Shown piece after piece: positions 35,640 through 49,325 of a DNA stretch of 64,000 nucleotides. Positions within the stretch are counted from its first letter, which is position 1. Each line of letters starts with the position of its first letter. Under the pieces are notes generated by a model. That model was not told where the DNA came from, did no database searches, and worked only from the letters and a program-made list of their open reading frames with translations. This DNA is from Macrostomum lignano (lineage: Eukaryota). The translations under genes and the position numbers were made by a program. Location: the NCBI GenBank assembly GCA_002269645.1, contig NIVC01000031.1, positions 496,001 through 560,000 on the forward strand, in the 5' to 3' direction.

Positions 35640-36120
35640 GTGTCTGCCTCAGACAGCTGGCTTAAACCGCTTCTCTTTATTACTGTTTACCTTTTTGGGG
35701 CTGCTTGGGGATTGTTTGCTGGGGTGCGGTTGGCGGCCGCTCAGGCTTTGTAAGTATGCTCGTAGTGGTCCCCCCCTAGTATTGTGCGGCACTGGATGGG
35801 TGCTTTGTGATTAGCGCATTGCTGATTGGCTGCGGCCAGTTTTGCCCTTTGTTGTTATTGTGTCTGTGGTGGGCTGGGCTGGGCGGCCTTTCGGCTGGGT
35901 CGGTGTTGGGGTGCTAGGTTGGAGGGTTGGTGGCCTTTCCCACTCTCCAGGCAGTGGCTATAGCGGCTCCCTCCGGGTCTTGGGGAAGTGCCTTTCTCGC
36001 TTCTCTGTCCCTCCTTCCCCGCTCTGCGCACAAGACAGTTCCTTACTGCCAGATTACTTGTGAAGCAACTAAACAATCAGCAAGGCCAAAAGTTCACACC
36101 GGCTGGGCGTCAGCCTCTAC
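35640..36120. repeat. Duplicated ~480-bp block downstream of the kinase gene (paralog of ~49945-50410)
   Basis: Colinear similarity (CTCAGACAGCTGGCTTAAACC.., GCTGATTGGCTGCGGCCAGTTTTGCCCTTTG..). Confidence 0.85.
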
Positions 36121-36413
36121 CGCTAAGGCGCTAACTATGTAAGTGTGTCGTGACGCATGCAAGCAAGGACCTGTATACTAATGTGTACCCTGTGCTCGCT
36201 ACAGACCTCGAAGCCCAGGGATGCAAAAATTAGATAACAAAAGGCAAAAGGGCAATCGGGTAAAAAATTGCAATTAGATAAAGAAAAAGAGGCACTAATA
36301 ATCAAATAAACTATCAAACTCAATGATTAACAGACAACATTCTGTGTCAGCAAGCAAAACCGACAGACCGACCGAAAGTCGCTCCGCTCCCTCACAGCCC
36401 ATCGCTTTCGCAG

Positions 36414-36898
36414 TCACGATGAGGCACTCAGGAAGCTGTGCCGCAGCAGCTCCGCAGTGTCCGCTCGCTCCCTCGGGTCATAGTCTACGCATCTGAGGTA
36501 GAAGTCCTTCAGGCCGGCTGAGAACCCATCCGCAATCCGAGGCATCGCCCGCCCTCCGCACCTCAGAACGGCGATCCTGAACTTCTGAACGTTCGCGTCA
36601 GGAGGCTGCATGGCCGTCAGCTCATACACGGTGCAGCCGAAGGCCCACACGTCGGTCTTGGCTGAGTACGGAATCGAGTCACCCTCGCCCATGAACAGCT
36701 CGGGCGCCATGAAGTGCCAGGTGCCTTTTGGCGGGTTGCCTGCGCTCAGCCGCAGGTGGTGAATATCTCCCTGGCCAGACCGAAGTCGATCAGCTTGATG
36801 ACTCCCTCGTTGGTGAGCATTATATTTCCGCTTTTGATGTCTCGGTGCAAGATAGCGCCCTCCGGCTGGCAGTGCAGGAAGTTCAGGCCTGAGCAGAT
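36414..36898 (-). pseudogene. ANK-kinase copy 2, last exon with a 1-bp deletion near 36749
   Basis: [21 protein letters not shown], then frameshift; 485 nt versus 486 in copy 1; the APE-containing part continues in another frame. Confidence 0.85.
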
Positions 36899-37075
36899 CT
36901 GCAGGTGTAGCAGTTTTGAGCAGTCATGAGAATGCATCTATCCATTCTGGATCTCACCCACACTGATCCCACACTGATCCTACACTGATCGCACACACTG
37001 ATCGCAAACTGATCCCACACTGATCCCACCTGATTCCACACATGCCAGGCAATGCCAGAGAGCCCAGAGACGCAC

Positions 37076-37459
37076 CTGTCTGGAGAAGTCCCTGACCCAG
37101 GACTCCTGGAACGGCTTGTTCTGACGCTTCATCAGCTCAAAGAGGCTGTGACCCGAGACCAGCTCGGTGAAATGTACAGCCCATCCGACTTCTGCTCGCA
37201 CTTGAGGAACTGCACAATGTTGGGATGTGAGAGTCGCTTGAGAATCTCAACTCCCCGCTTCTCCATCTCGACGGCTTTCTGCAGCTTCCCCGATTGTCCG
37301 GTGTCGCTCAGGGGCAGCACCTTGACAGCCACCGTCTGGATACGATCTGTAAGGGCCTTGTACACCTCACCGAATGCACCACGGCCGATGAGCTGCTTCT
37401 TGTTGTCCTGCAAGATGAAGTCCCAGTCGGTGAAGCTGGGGTCCAGCTGCTTCTTGGCG
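37076..37459 (-). pseudogene. ANK-kinase copy 2, kinase N-lobe exon with a 1-bp deletion near 37171
   Basis: Acceptor ttttcag at 37460; LIGRGAFGEVYK, VAVK; GGTGAAATG versus GGTGAAGATG in the paralogs; 384 nt versus 385 in copy 3. Confidence 0.85.
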
Positions 37460-37578
37460 CTGAAAACATTGAGGTGAAGGAATCCGATGAATTTTGTGTT
37501 GATTAGGGCTTCCTAAGTACTTTGGAGTCAGTCAGCCTTTGTGTCACCAACCTTCCGTGTCTCCCCGCGTGGACTCAC

Positions 37579-37665
37579 CCAGTCTCCTCAGAAAGTCCCC
37601 CCTCGGACGGCCCAGACGGCTTGACCCGCTCGCGCGCTCGGGGGCGGGGACGCGGAGCTGCAGCG
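37579..37665 (-). CDS. ANK-kinase copy 2, 87-nt linker exon (AAAPRPRPRARERVKPSGPSEGGLSEETG)
   Basis: ttcccacag acceptor, GG|GTGAGT donor, phase 2 to 2, no stop. Confidence 0.75.
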
Positions 37666-37854
37666 CTGTGGGAAGCGAATGAGGCGAATATCTTCCATCA
37701 GGAGGTTGAAGCGCCATGAGGAATCGTGACGCCCTCACTTTACTGTGGCTCTGATGAGAATTTTAGGGCGCCGATCATCAAAGCGCAATTAATTCTCACC
37801 AAAAATATTTTTAGTATTTTCAGTGTCAGGCTGCAGTTCTCAGTCAGGACTCAC

Positions 37855-38996
37855 CCAGCTGAGGCGGCAGTCGGCGCTGAGCTGCCAGCGGGAGGCCGAG
37901 AGGCTTCGAGCCGCCGCTGCGTAGAGGGAATCAAGGCCCGCTTTGCTGACTGGTCTGTTCGGCACCGATCACTTTCAACAATATTAGCCGGTGTTTTGCC
38001 CTTGTTGTTCTTTAAGCTGAACGTTTCGGCTCCGATTTGATCAAAAATGAACTGAAGAGAGTCGACTGGCTGCCGCTGAGCGGCCAAATGGACGGCCGTG
38101 TCACCTTCTTTGTCAGGAACTGTGAGACACTCGCTGCCGAGTTCCTTCACCAGCCACTTCAGATTTGAATAGTCAGACTTCCAGGCAGCACTGTGAAATG
38201 CTGTTCTATCACAAAATCCCTTCAGCCGAAAGCAGTCAGTTCCGATCTGTCTCTTGATCCACTCGAGCGACTCGATGCCTTGATACAGAGCGGCCAAATG
38301 GATGGCCGTGCTCCCGTATTCATCAGGAACTGTGAGACAGTCGCTGCCGAGCTCCTTCACCAGCCACTTCAGGTTTGAATTGTCAGACTTCTGAGCAGCA
38401 AAGTGTAATGCTGTTCTATCCAACCACCCCTTCAGCCGGAAGCAGTCAGTTCCGATCTGTCTCTTGATCCACTCCAGCGACTCGATGCCCTTATGCCTAG
38501 CGGCCAAATGAACGGCCGTGTCACCGTCTTTATCAGGAGCTGTAAGATAGTCGCCGCTGAGCTCCTTCACCAGCCACTTTAGACAAGAACTGCTTTTTCT
38601 GTTCATAGCGGCAAAGTGAGCGACTGTCTGCCCCCACTGATCAACATTTCTAAGACAGCCTCTGCCTCCTTTCTCTTTAACCAGCTTCATCCAAGACTCG
38701 TCCTGATGCTGGGCTGCCAAGTGCACTGGAGTCTGATCACTGTCATTTATATATGTCAGACAGCCGGGTCCGAATCTGTCAATCAGCAGCTCCAGGCAGG
38801 ACGAACTCACCGGCTTGCAGGCCAAGTGATGGGCCAGCGGCATTCGGCGACGCTGCCTAAAGGGATATTCTTGCTTGTCGAACCCGCCCACCTTCAGCTC
38901 GATGTTGCTGCCGACCTCACCGCACAGTCGCTGCAGCTCCTCGCTGTCTCCAGACTCCAGCGCCTGTCTCAGCTTCTGCTCCATCTCTGTTGCCAT
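37855..38996 (-). CDS. ANK-kinase copy 2, ankyrin-repeat exon
   Basis: Likely start GCCATGG at 38996 (MATEMEQK); donor GG|GTGAGT at 37854. Confidence 0.88.
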
Positions 38997-41819
38997 GGCT
39001 ACACTGCTTCTCCTAGCAGCACTTCTCTGCCGATCTGCTGTCTGCCGCAGCTGTTCCACACGGCTTCAAACTGAGTGCTTTGCTCTTCTTCAAGCGAATT
39101 TGCCTGCCAGCTCAGCAGCAGCAGCAAAAGTCCCGCTGTCACGGACTGAAATCTCTGAGCTCTCTCTGTGCAGAGAAATTTGTTTAAATGGACTGAGGCG
39201 GATAGTAGTGTGGGTTAGTTGAACGCTGACGCACTTTCCCTAGGGAGATAGGCGGCAATGTTAAAGATTAGGGCAGTGTCGTTGTGGAGCTGCACAACTC
39301 TGCGCTAACCGGAGTTATAAATATGATAAGCGTAATCGAGTTATAAACAAGAGGTGTACTCGTATAGTTTTGTAGACGTTAGTCTCTGTCACTGCACGTA
39401 CTGTTTTAATGTTGAAAATTTGACTCGTTTAATTTAGACAGCAAATAAAAACCTATTCATATGGAAGCCTCAGTAGCTATAAATATACCTGCTTAACGAG
39501 CTATTTGAAAACCCAGCCTAGCATTATGCCTGCAGAGTGTGAAGTGCTATGCATTTGGAGTGAGACGTACCAATGTAACCAACCAAGCCTTTTTCCCAGC
39601 ATCCTCCCTCCGGCACTCACCCCACTCCGCCATAGATATACTAGCGCAAAGGGAGCAGCTTTGAAAAAAGTATTTGCGAATCTGCGAAAGACGATTCTGT
39701 GAGGCACGTACGTTAGGGTAGCCAAAATTCTAAAGACAGAATTTTTTTGCAATAATGAAGCAATAAGGCAGCGTCATCAGCCTCAAGCCTTTAGTTCCCA
39801 GCTTCAACCTCAATATGCGTCAGTAGGCGAAACTGAAAGAGGTAAACCGCTCCCTCGTGAGGCCGCTCTAAGCAGGGAAACTAAGGTGGTGAAGTTAGGC
39901 TTCGACAAGTTCGTCGAAGTCAGACAAAGAATAATTTGGTTTAAGCGACTGCCAGAGGACTGTTGTGAGGAGTTCGTGAAACTCATGCACCCTGCCCCTG
40001 CCTTCGCTCATGAGGCAAAAACGTGGGAAGCTTCCAGCTGGATGACAAGTTAAGTAATGAAGTACGAGCTGAGCTCATCTGACACTGATGAAGATGATTT
40101 TGACACCGTGAAGCTACCAGTCAAGACTGAACTGAATGAGAGCAGAGAGGATGCCCGCTAACCAACAGAGCTGACGATCGTTAACCAGCCGGTGACTTCA
40201 ACGCCCTCAGATGCCCTCAGCCGATGCTGGGAACATCCCTGCCAGAGGACACGGACTTGCAAGAAGCTCCGGTGTGGTACCGATTTTGGACTCGTGCGGC
40301 TGCAACAAACAACGTCAGGAAACGAAAGCAACGTCCAGGAAGAATGCGGTCAAGAGGCCAATATGGATGCCGAACTAAGACAATGAGGATGAGTGAAGTT
40401 CTTTCTGAATGACAGCACCTATTTCGAAGTATTCTACTACAGTAAATTCTCTTCGTGTGTGTGTGTGTATGCTCGCCTTAATTCGTTCTTATATCAATTT
40501 TCATGATACTACACAATATGTTACTAAAATACACTGCTCTTCTATTAAAGGTCATCTGTCGCAGTCTTTGAAGCATTTAAGAAAGAAATCTGTCTTGTCT
40601 TACTTGAATTTTAAGTGGGTGGAAAAGATATCACCTTTCACCCCGAGCAGCCCAAGCAGCAATTTTTCTGGTTGCAACGGACTTCTAAATGAGGGCTCGA
40701 TGTGGGCTCGAAAACAAGGCATTAAGTCGGATAAAAATCACATAAGAGTTGGATTATCGAACATTAAACAGAAATTAGGCAAAGTGGCTCGCTTAATGAA
40801 AAGTAGATAAATTGAATTGAATAAAAGTAGAAAAAGTAGATTATTGAACCCAAACAGTATATATGGTGAGTGGGGAGAAGTATGAAAGTACGAGTACATG
40901 TAATTTTGATGGTTTAAAAACTTGTACATATTAATCGAAAGTAGAAGCATTGGTAGGGGAAGAATGCATTTCGGTTTCGGTTACCAATAAAAAAAAACTT
41001 CTCTCCACTCACTATATATACTGTTTGCGTTCAATAATTTGGTTCAAATAAATTTCGACCCTGAAGATTGTTGGACGAAATCCATCGGCAACTCAAATAA
41101 ATAACTAAAACTTAATGTTAATATTGAACTATATCAACAGTATGAGTACAATATGAGTATATGAATATATGAATATGAATATACTACTATATATTGTACT
41201 CATTGTTGTTCGAGCTATAAATGATCAGTGAGAACCATAGGAATTAGAAATTAGCAGAGAATAAGTTGCACAAAGAAGTTAAAGTAAAACAGCGCCGAGC
41301 AAGGCGAGCTTAGCTTAGAAGTACAAACGGTAGAAGTGAAAGATCGTCTAAATCGGACGATTAGAGGTAAGTAGCGGGGACCATGAGCATGATAAGAATA
41401 GAACAGCCACCCTCCATTCCAGATACCAGGCCAGTCGGTGCGGTGCCAGGCAAAACAGGTGAGATAAGCGAAGTCAGTTCTGGTAAGTGTGAAAATTGGC
41501 CGACTGGAGAGGAAGAAGCAGCAGCCACCCCAACGCCGATGAGCAACCCCGAGGAGCATAGCAACCAAGGGGCTGGACTGGACCGGCGGTCTGATGCGCG
41601 CACAAGACTTCAGTCTGACTGTCCCTAATCGCTCTAACTTAACCTAGACAAAATAATTACTGATAATAAAAAATTATCTCGCCCCATAGCAACGTACTAA
41701 TTTATTGTAAAACCGTTTGAATGTGTTTGTTTTTGAGCCCGGGCGTTGCTAACCACAAAGGAACCCTCCCCCTCCAGCAGCAGGGGACGAAAAGTTTAGG
41801 CTCTGTGTAGCAGTCTTGC

Positions 41820-43897
41820 AAATATTGTACTTGAAGTACTCGTACTTTAATGTCAGACAAAGTCGGAGGATTAGAACGAAACAGCGGGAGACAAGAGGAC
41901 TTTAAAAGAACTGTATCTGGTAGAAATGATTCCATTCACAAAGTACAACCAGGGATACAAGTATATCCTCACATGCATCGAAGTGCTGTCAAAATAAGTG
42001 CCTGGACCAAGCCGCTAACGACTAAATCAGCAGCAGATGTGAGGTCTGCTCTCGAGACAATTTTGAAGAGCACAATTAAAGCGAACAGTTCGCTCAGACC
42101 AGGGGAAAAATTGTCAATTCGAGCTTTCGTCAGAGCTTGCACATACGAGCGTAAAATGGAATTCTAGCGTTTAAAACAAGCAGCAAGCTGAAATCATCGA
42201 TTGGAAACGATGGGGCAAAACTTTAAAGAATAAAAGTGGGTTGATGCGCTGTCAAAGTTACTGAAGTAGTACAATATGCTGCTTTTTACAAGAAATTTTT
42301 GCAAGCAAAACGAGCCGGAAGTGCAGATGAACCTGTGTTGACCGCAAGGCACTAGAAACCAGTGTTGGATAAAGTCAGGAAACCAAAGTGACACTTTTCA
42401 CCGGACCCGGACTATTCAGAAAAGTAAATGTATTGAAATTCACAAAGCAAACTAGAGCGAGAAGGTGTACGAGTACACTGTAGTTGCAAAAATAGCTCCG
42501 AAACGCTATCCTTACACGTACAGGATACCAGACACGAAAGGAGAAAAGATCCAAGGGTTATTTCACAAGCACGAACTGCAGGCGGCGTCGGACTCACAGC
42601 GACCGTACGAGCTGTGTGATTGCAATAGAGTTTGCACAGACACACAGCTCTGTTATGCTCTGTCCAGATTCCGGTGAACCTATTGCAACGAAAGAACAGC
42701 AGCTGATTCAGCAATATATTGGAGGGTAAGAATAGGACACTAAAAGCATGCACTCTATGGCTGTGGGAGCTTTCCAGGGATCAGGACATACCGGCCTCCA
42801 CTACATCATCCGCACCCTCAACTCGTAGCAATGTCAAGCGCAAAAGAAATATTGAACCAAATCTGAAACGTTTGAGGAGGAAAAAGCGCACTTAAAGGGC
42901 GAGTGGTGGAGAAGAGGTATAAGAGGTGCAATGGAAGAAAGCCGACCAAGGCTACGAGTGCACTACTCTGTCACAGACGCGGCTTACGGATTCAATCCTC
43001 GACTTGATTTACTTAAGACTCCCATTATGCAAACCTGCATTAAAAGGCTACTTATTTTGACATTTACCCAGTTAATTACATTACTCCAAACTCACCCATT
43101 CAATTTGACTGCCACAAATCTGCTGCTGAATACACAGATTCACTTAATTCTTTTCTTTATATTCACTGCCGCCTTGTGAGACTGGATGGAGTTGATAAGG
43201 GAGAATGTTCGAGACAGAGATGTTATCATCACTGATCGCAGAGACACTGATGTGCACCCAGAAAATTTTGTTCTGTCTACAGCCTTCTCAGATGTAATTG
43301 TGAACATTAACCAGCGAGTGGTGTCTGGCGGAGACCTGCTCTATCCCTACCACGCGCACTTCAAAGCGCTAAGGAGCTCATCTGATGCCCAGCAACTAAA
43401 GCTTTACCCTGCAGACTTCCTGGAGCCGGACTCTGCAGCTGAAGAGCTCAAAGAGAGCCAAAGATGGAATGAGTATGCGGGCCGCTCTCCTCAGCGATGT
43501 TTTCCAGTGCCCGTGTTTCTGTTAAAACAGAGTTGAGCAGCCATAGATGTGCATCTCCACCAGGGATTTCCCAAACATCGAGACGTGTAGCTGAGACCCA
43601 ATGGCCTGGTGAACTGGTGATGACTTAATAGACGAAACTTCAAATTCTGCTTTAATGCGAATTTTTTCATTGGAATCGCACATCACTTGCCGGTGCTTCT
43701 TGGTAATGCTGGCTCAGAAATTTTTTGTTCAATGGAAAAGCAGAGACCAGCTGCAGATTGCAGCACTAAGCAGCCAGTGTTTTACAGATCAACCCGGCTT
43801 TCTGCACTCAGTGTTGAAGCATGTGACCGCGCAGAGCAGGGGAGCCTCGTACCTGTTTCTGGATTTTCACCATAAACTCCCGATGTCCCAGCTATAG
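41820..43897 (+). mobile_element. Collapsed Polinton/Maverick remnant (integrase, major capsid and packaging ATPase fragments)
   Basis: FKRTVSGRND, KYNQGYKYILTCIEVLSK, AWTKPL and YTYRIPDTKGEKIQGLFHKHELQ (integrase-like); LDLLKTPIMQTCI and TAFSDVIVNINQRVVSGGDLLYPYHAH (capsid-like); KSRDQLQIAALSSQCF..SYLFLDF (ATPase C-terminus-like). Recognised from memory of family motifs. Confidence 0.6.
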
Positions 43898-43939
43898 TGC
43901 GGGCCAGAATTCTGTCTAACCAGCGACCCCATCTTGTAT

Positions 43940-44406
<467 letters not shown>

Positions 44407-46810
44407 CTTGACTTAGCTGCAGGGGGGCTCCGTGCGTCCGGAAACAGCGAGGAGGCGTTGCCGCCCATTTCGCTAACCCCTGGCGACCACGGGCAGCTAG
44501 TGCTGCAGTGTCACGCAGGGAGTTCCGGTGGTGCCGGTGTCCGCAGCGCGGCCCCCCTCCGGAGAACCAGGAGGTGGATTGTCGCTCGCCCGGTAGCCCT
44601 TAGGTAGCGAACGAGCTGGCAGAGATTCTCGGGCCTGAAAACGTCGGAGAGGTCCGGGTTTGGGCCGAGGTAGGTGAGCCTGTCCTGAGTAAAAGCGGGG
44701 CATTCACAGATGAAGTGCTCCGCATTCTCGACACCGAAGAGGCAGAATGAGCATTCCCCGCTGCGGATTTTCCCTGGAGGTGACGATGCCTAGCAAAATG
44801 TCACCGCCATGGTCACCGCCCTGATGTCCCTGCGGTTGAGTCCAAGCAGGGCCCTGTGCAGGGCGGAGGAAGGACAGGGGACAGCCGCCCGGGATTTTCG
44901 GCAGTCGGGGACGTTAGCCCACCTCTCCCTGTGCTTAGAAACCACCCAATGGTTGATCCGATTGGTGACAACGGCGGTGGGGGTGGGGCCACGGGCAGGG
45001 AACCAGTAAAAGAACCGGTCGAGCCAGCCTTGGCTAGGCGATCGGCCAGCTCGTTGCCGGGGTGGCCCGAATACCCGGGGATCCACCTTAGGGACACCTT
45101 GTTGGAGGCGCCTAAGCGGTTGAGCTGCCCGGTGCAGTCGAGGACTGTATGCGATCAGATGGTGCGGCGCTCAAGGGCGTGGATCGCCGCTTGACTGTCC
45201 GAGTGGAGGGTAATCTCCTTCCCCCAGACGCGCTGATTGTACAGCTCCATGGCGCAGGAGCTGATGGCAAGAACTTCGTTCTGGAAGTCGGTGGAGCAGG
45301 TGCCGGTGTGTTGGAAGAAGGTCGCCACAGTTCTCCCTCCAGACACGATGCAGTAGCCGTAGCCAGAGGCGGAGTTTATTTGGGACCCGTCAGTGAAGCA
45401 GTAGATTTCATGGGGTTTCCAGTTGTCTCTTGCTTCATGACGTGGTGGAATGCTGGTTTTAATTTGAGCGGAGGCGGAGCGTGGACGGAATTCCGTCCGA
45501 GAGTGTAAGCAGGCCTCCCGCTGCTTCCAGGTCTCGCAGGCTGAGGTCGCCGTGCGGCCGGAGGTTCCGCTTTCTGAAGGCGAACTGCTTCTGGATTGGG
45601 ACACCCGAATCAAGCAGACGGCGGGTGGTTTTCATTGCCTCCCCTCTAACAAAGATTCGGGGGGGGGATGTCCAAGAAGGAGTTCATACCAGCAAAGGGT
45701 ATGGAGAGAGCTCATGATGGCTCGACAAGCGCGGCCTTGCACCCTATTTAGAACCTCAAGAACCCTTTCCACCTCTAGGGCACTGTTCCAAATGAAGCCG
45801 GCGAAGGAGTTGGCCGGTCTAACAATGGAATGGGAGCCATGGGAGACGAGGGTAACGTCAAGGGCCTCCGTCCATCGCCCGTTGTCAAAGGTGGGGGTTC
45901 CACCAATGTTGCAAAACTCAGTGTTGGTGGTGCAGATGTAAGCAAGGAGTTCCTCGCCTCTGCTGTTGGAAGTATTACTGCCCCAGTGGGGTGTGGTTGG
46001 CGTTGACGTCGGCCGCCACCAGCAGCTCGAACCTGCGGTTAGAGCAGTGAGCAGTAGTCCATGAGGGAGGTGAGGTTGGGTGGAACCGCGGGGCCATCGC
46101 CGGGGATATAAATCACGCTACGTTCACGCAGCTCGTCGGCCTTGGTGATGCAGCTGCGAGCCGGAATCCAGGCACGGTGCCGGTGTGTCCGGGGTCGCTC
46201 GTTCTCCCTTTAGATAAACAGGTTTTTTCAGCTCCGTACCTCAGTCGAAGGTTTTCAGCATCTCGAGGAGCTGCTGTCCAGACTGCAGGCTGTCGGCGGG
46301 CTGGATATGGAGGGCTTGGTCCTCGACTTTCGTCTTTTGGACTGGAATAGTAGTACCGCTCAAGGCCATCTTGACCAGGTGGGAGTCCAACCTTCCCCGG
46401 ATAAGGTCGAGCTGTTCGGCCGTAAGAGGCGTCTCCTGGCCTTGGATAACCAGGGCCGGCTGCCTCTTGGCCATAGCCGCATAGGTGCGCTTCGGCTTAG
46501 TGGTTTGGCCAGCACCCCCCGCTTTGGATCCATCCGCGGCCGTGGGAGTTTCCACACGGGCAGAGGTCCCGCCACGGGAGGGGCCGGCCGCACCAGGAGC
46601 TTCGGCGGCACCTGACGCTTCTGACCGGCGCGAGGGGTCCTCCCCCTTGTTGGATGTCGGCTCCTCCGCGGGATTCGCAGAGTTACTGGCACCCTCCTCC
46701 CTCCTCGGATGTGGCCGGAGGGGCGGCTTTCGCACTCCTCCGTTCCTCCGCTTTGCGCTGGAGAAAAGCTTTGTAGCGAGCAATGCTACGGGCCTTCTTC
46801 TTCTCTTCTA
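44407..46810 (-). mobile_element. Heavily deleted LOA/Lian-like LINE, diverged relative of the 23557-28289 family (ORF1 piece, APE pieces, RNase H, 3' end; RT largely missing)
   Basis: [42 protein letters not shown] and TPTFDNGRWTE (APE); same 3' terminus CTGCAGCTAAGTCAAG. Confidence 0.85.
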
Positions 46811-46961
46811 AAAAACCTGTGGCATGTGTACTGGTAACTCATCATAAGGGATGCTTATGCTCGCAGAGTGCTAATCTGCTTTTGTTTATCGTAGTTTTAA
46901 GTGTTTTTGCGGGAGCACGAGAATTTCCCGCATGAAATTTCCCCGTCGAGATTTTCCTCCC

Positions 46962-47574
<613 letters not shown>

Positions 47575-47823
47575 ATAGACCCGTTTTTGCATAGGAAAAT
47601 TTTCAAAAAAAGTCTACCTGATGGCTCTCCTACACCTTTCAAGCATGTGAATTTCAGCACAGGAATCGATCATATGGCCCTGATTTTTGTCAGCTGCTTC
47701 CATTATAAAGCTTTTATAAAAACTTTGTTAGCACTTTTGACAGTGTGCATTCAATTTTGACACCGGGAACAGCGGCGCCCCGCTGAGGTGGCTGAGCAGC
47801 CCTCATGCCCCGCCATTGTCTCA

Positions 47824-48294
47824 GTTCAATGCAATGCGAAGCCACTGCAAACACTTATTTATGTACATTGCACAGTGCACTGAGTGAGCACAGACTCAAG
47901 TGTCTGCCAGCATCATTGATGCAGCATCAGCTGTTCAAAAGAGATGCACAGAATGGCTGATGCTCGTTCGAACTCACTTTTGTGCAGATGAAGCAACCAG
48001 CCGTACCACCCAGCCTCCAGGTGAGCAGATTGCTCAGCTGTCCACAGACTCCTCTGCGTTCTCCGAGCTCGAGTCTCCCCCGTTGCCATGGCAACTGGAA
48101 CAGCTCTGCAGCGTCTGTGCAGTTAAGGGCTCTGCACATCTCCTGCTCACTGCGTGAGGGGCCGAGCCGTGAGGCAGCCTCAGACCTCATGACACTCTGC
48201 AAGCCCTTTGAAAACAATGGCCAGCTTCACTGCATGTCTGCTTCATCAGCTCTGCCCTCCCCACACTGTTGTATGCATTGCACTGAGTGAGGCT
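47824..48294. repeat. Duplicated block (paralog of 19134-19599), with palindrome GTTGCCATGGCAAC at 48082-48095
   Basis: Colinear, high identity. Confidence 0.92.
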
Positions 48295-48499
48295 CTGACT
48301 CAAGTAAGCCAGCACCTCTGATGAAGCACTGAGTGACAAACTATACTGTATAATCTAAATTTTACGTGATTCTGTCTGTGGAGGCTGTAGCTGTCTGCAG
48401 GGTCTGCAGTCCCCAGCGCATGGCATGGCAGCCCACTAGCCACTCATATGCCGAACTCCATTGCTGCTCATCAGAGCGGGGCTGCAGCAGCAGGGATGA

Positions 48500-49325
48500 G
48501 CAAGTCAGGACACAGCGGGTCACGGCAAGTCAGGACACAGCGGGTCACGGCAAGTCAGGACACAGCGGGTCACGGCAAGTCAGGACACAGCGGGTCACGG
48601 CAAGTCAGGACACAGCGGGTCACGGCAAGTCAGGACACAGCGGGTCACGGCAAGTCAGGACACAGCGGGTCACGGCAAGTCAGGACACAGCGGGTCACGG
48701 CAAGTCAGGATACAGCGGGTCACAGCAAGTCAGGACACAGCGGGTCACGGCAAGTCAGGACACAGCGGGTCACGGCAAGTCAGGACACAGCGGGTCACGG
48801 CAAGTCAGGACACAGCGGGTCACGGCAAGTCAGGACACAGCGGGTCACGGCAAGTCAGGATACAGCGGGTCACGGCAAGTCAGGACAAAGCGGGTCACAG
48901 CAAGTCAGGACACAGCGGGTCACGGCAAGTCAGGACACAGCGGGTCACGGCAAGTCAGGACACAGCGGGTCACGGCAAGTCAGGACACAGCGGGTCACGG
49001 CAAGTCAGGACACAGCGGGTCACGGCAAGTCAGGACACAGCGGGTCACGGCAAGTCAGGACACAGCGGGTCACGGCAAGTCAGGATACAGCGGGTCACAG
49101 CAAGTCAGGACACAGCGGGTCACGGCAAGTCAGGACACAGCGGGTCACGGCAAGTCAGGACACAGCGGGTCACGGCAAGTCAGGACACAGCGGGTCACGG
49201 CAAGTCAGGACACAGCGGGTCACGGCAAGTCAGGATACAGCGGGTCACGGCAAGTCAGGACAAAGCGGGTCACAGCAAGTCAGGACACAGCGGGTCACGG
49301 CAAGTCAGGACACAGCGAGTCACTG
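48500..49325 (+). repeat. 25-bp minisatellite, ~33 copies
   Basis: Same unit as 19637-20370; followed by a ~400-bp block similar to 20440-20860. Confidence 0.97.
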
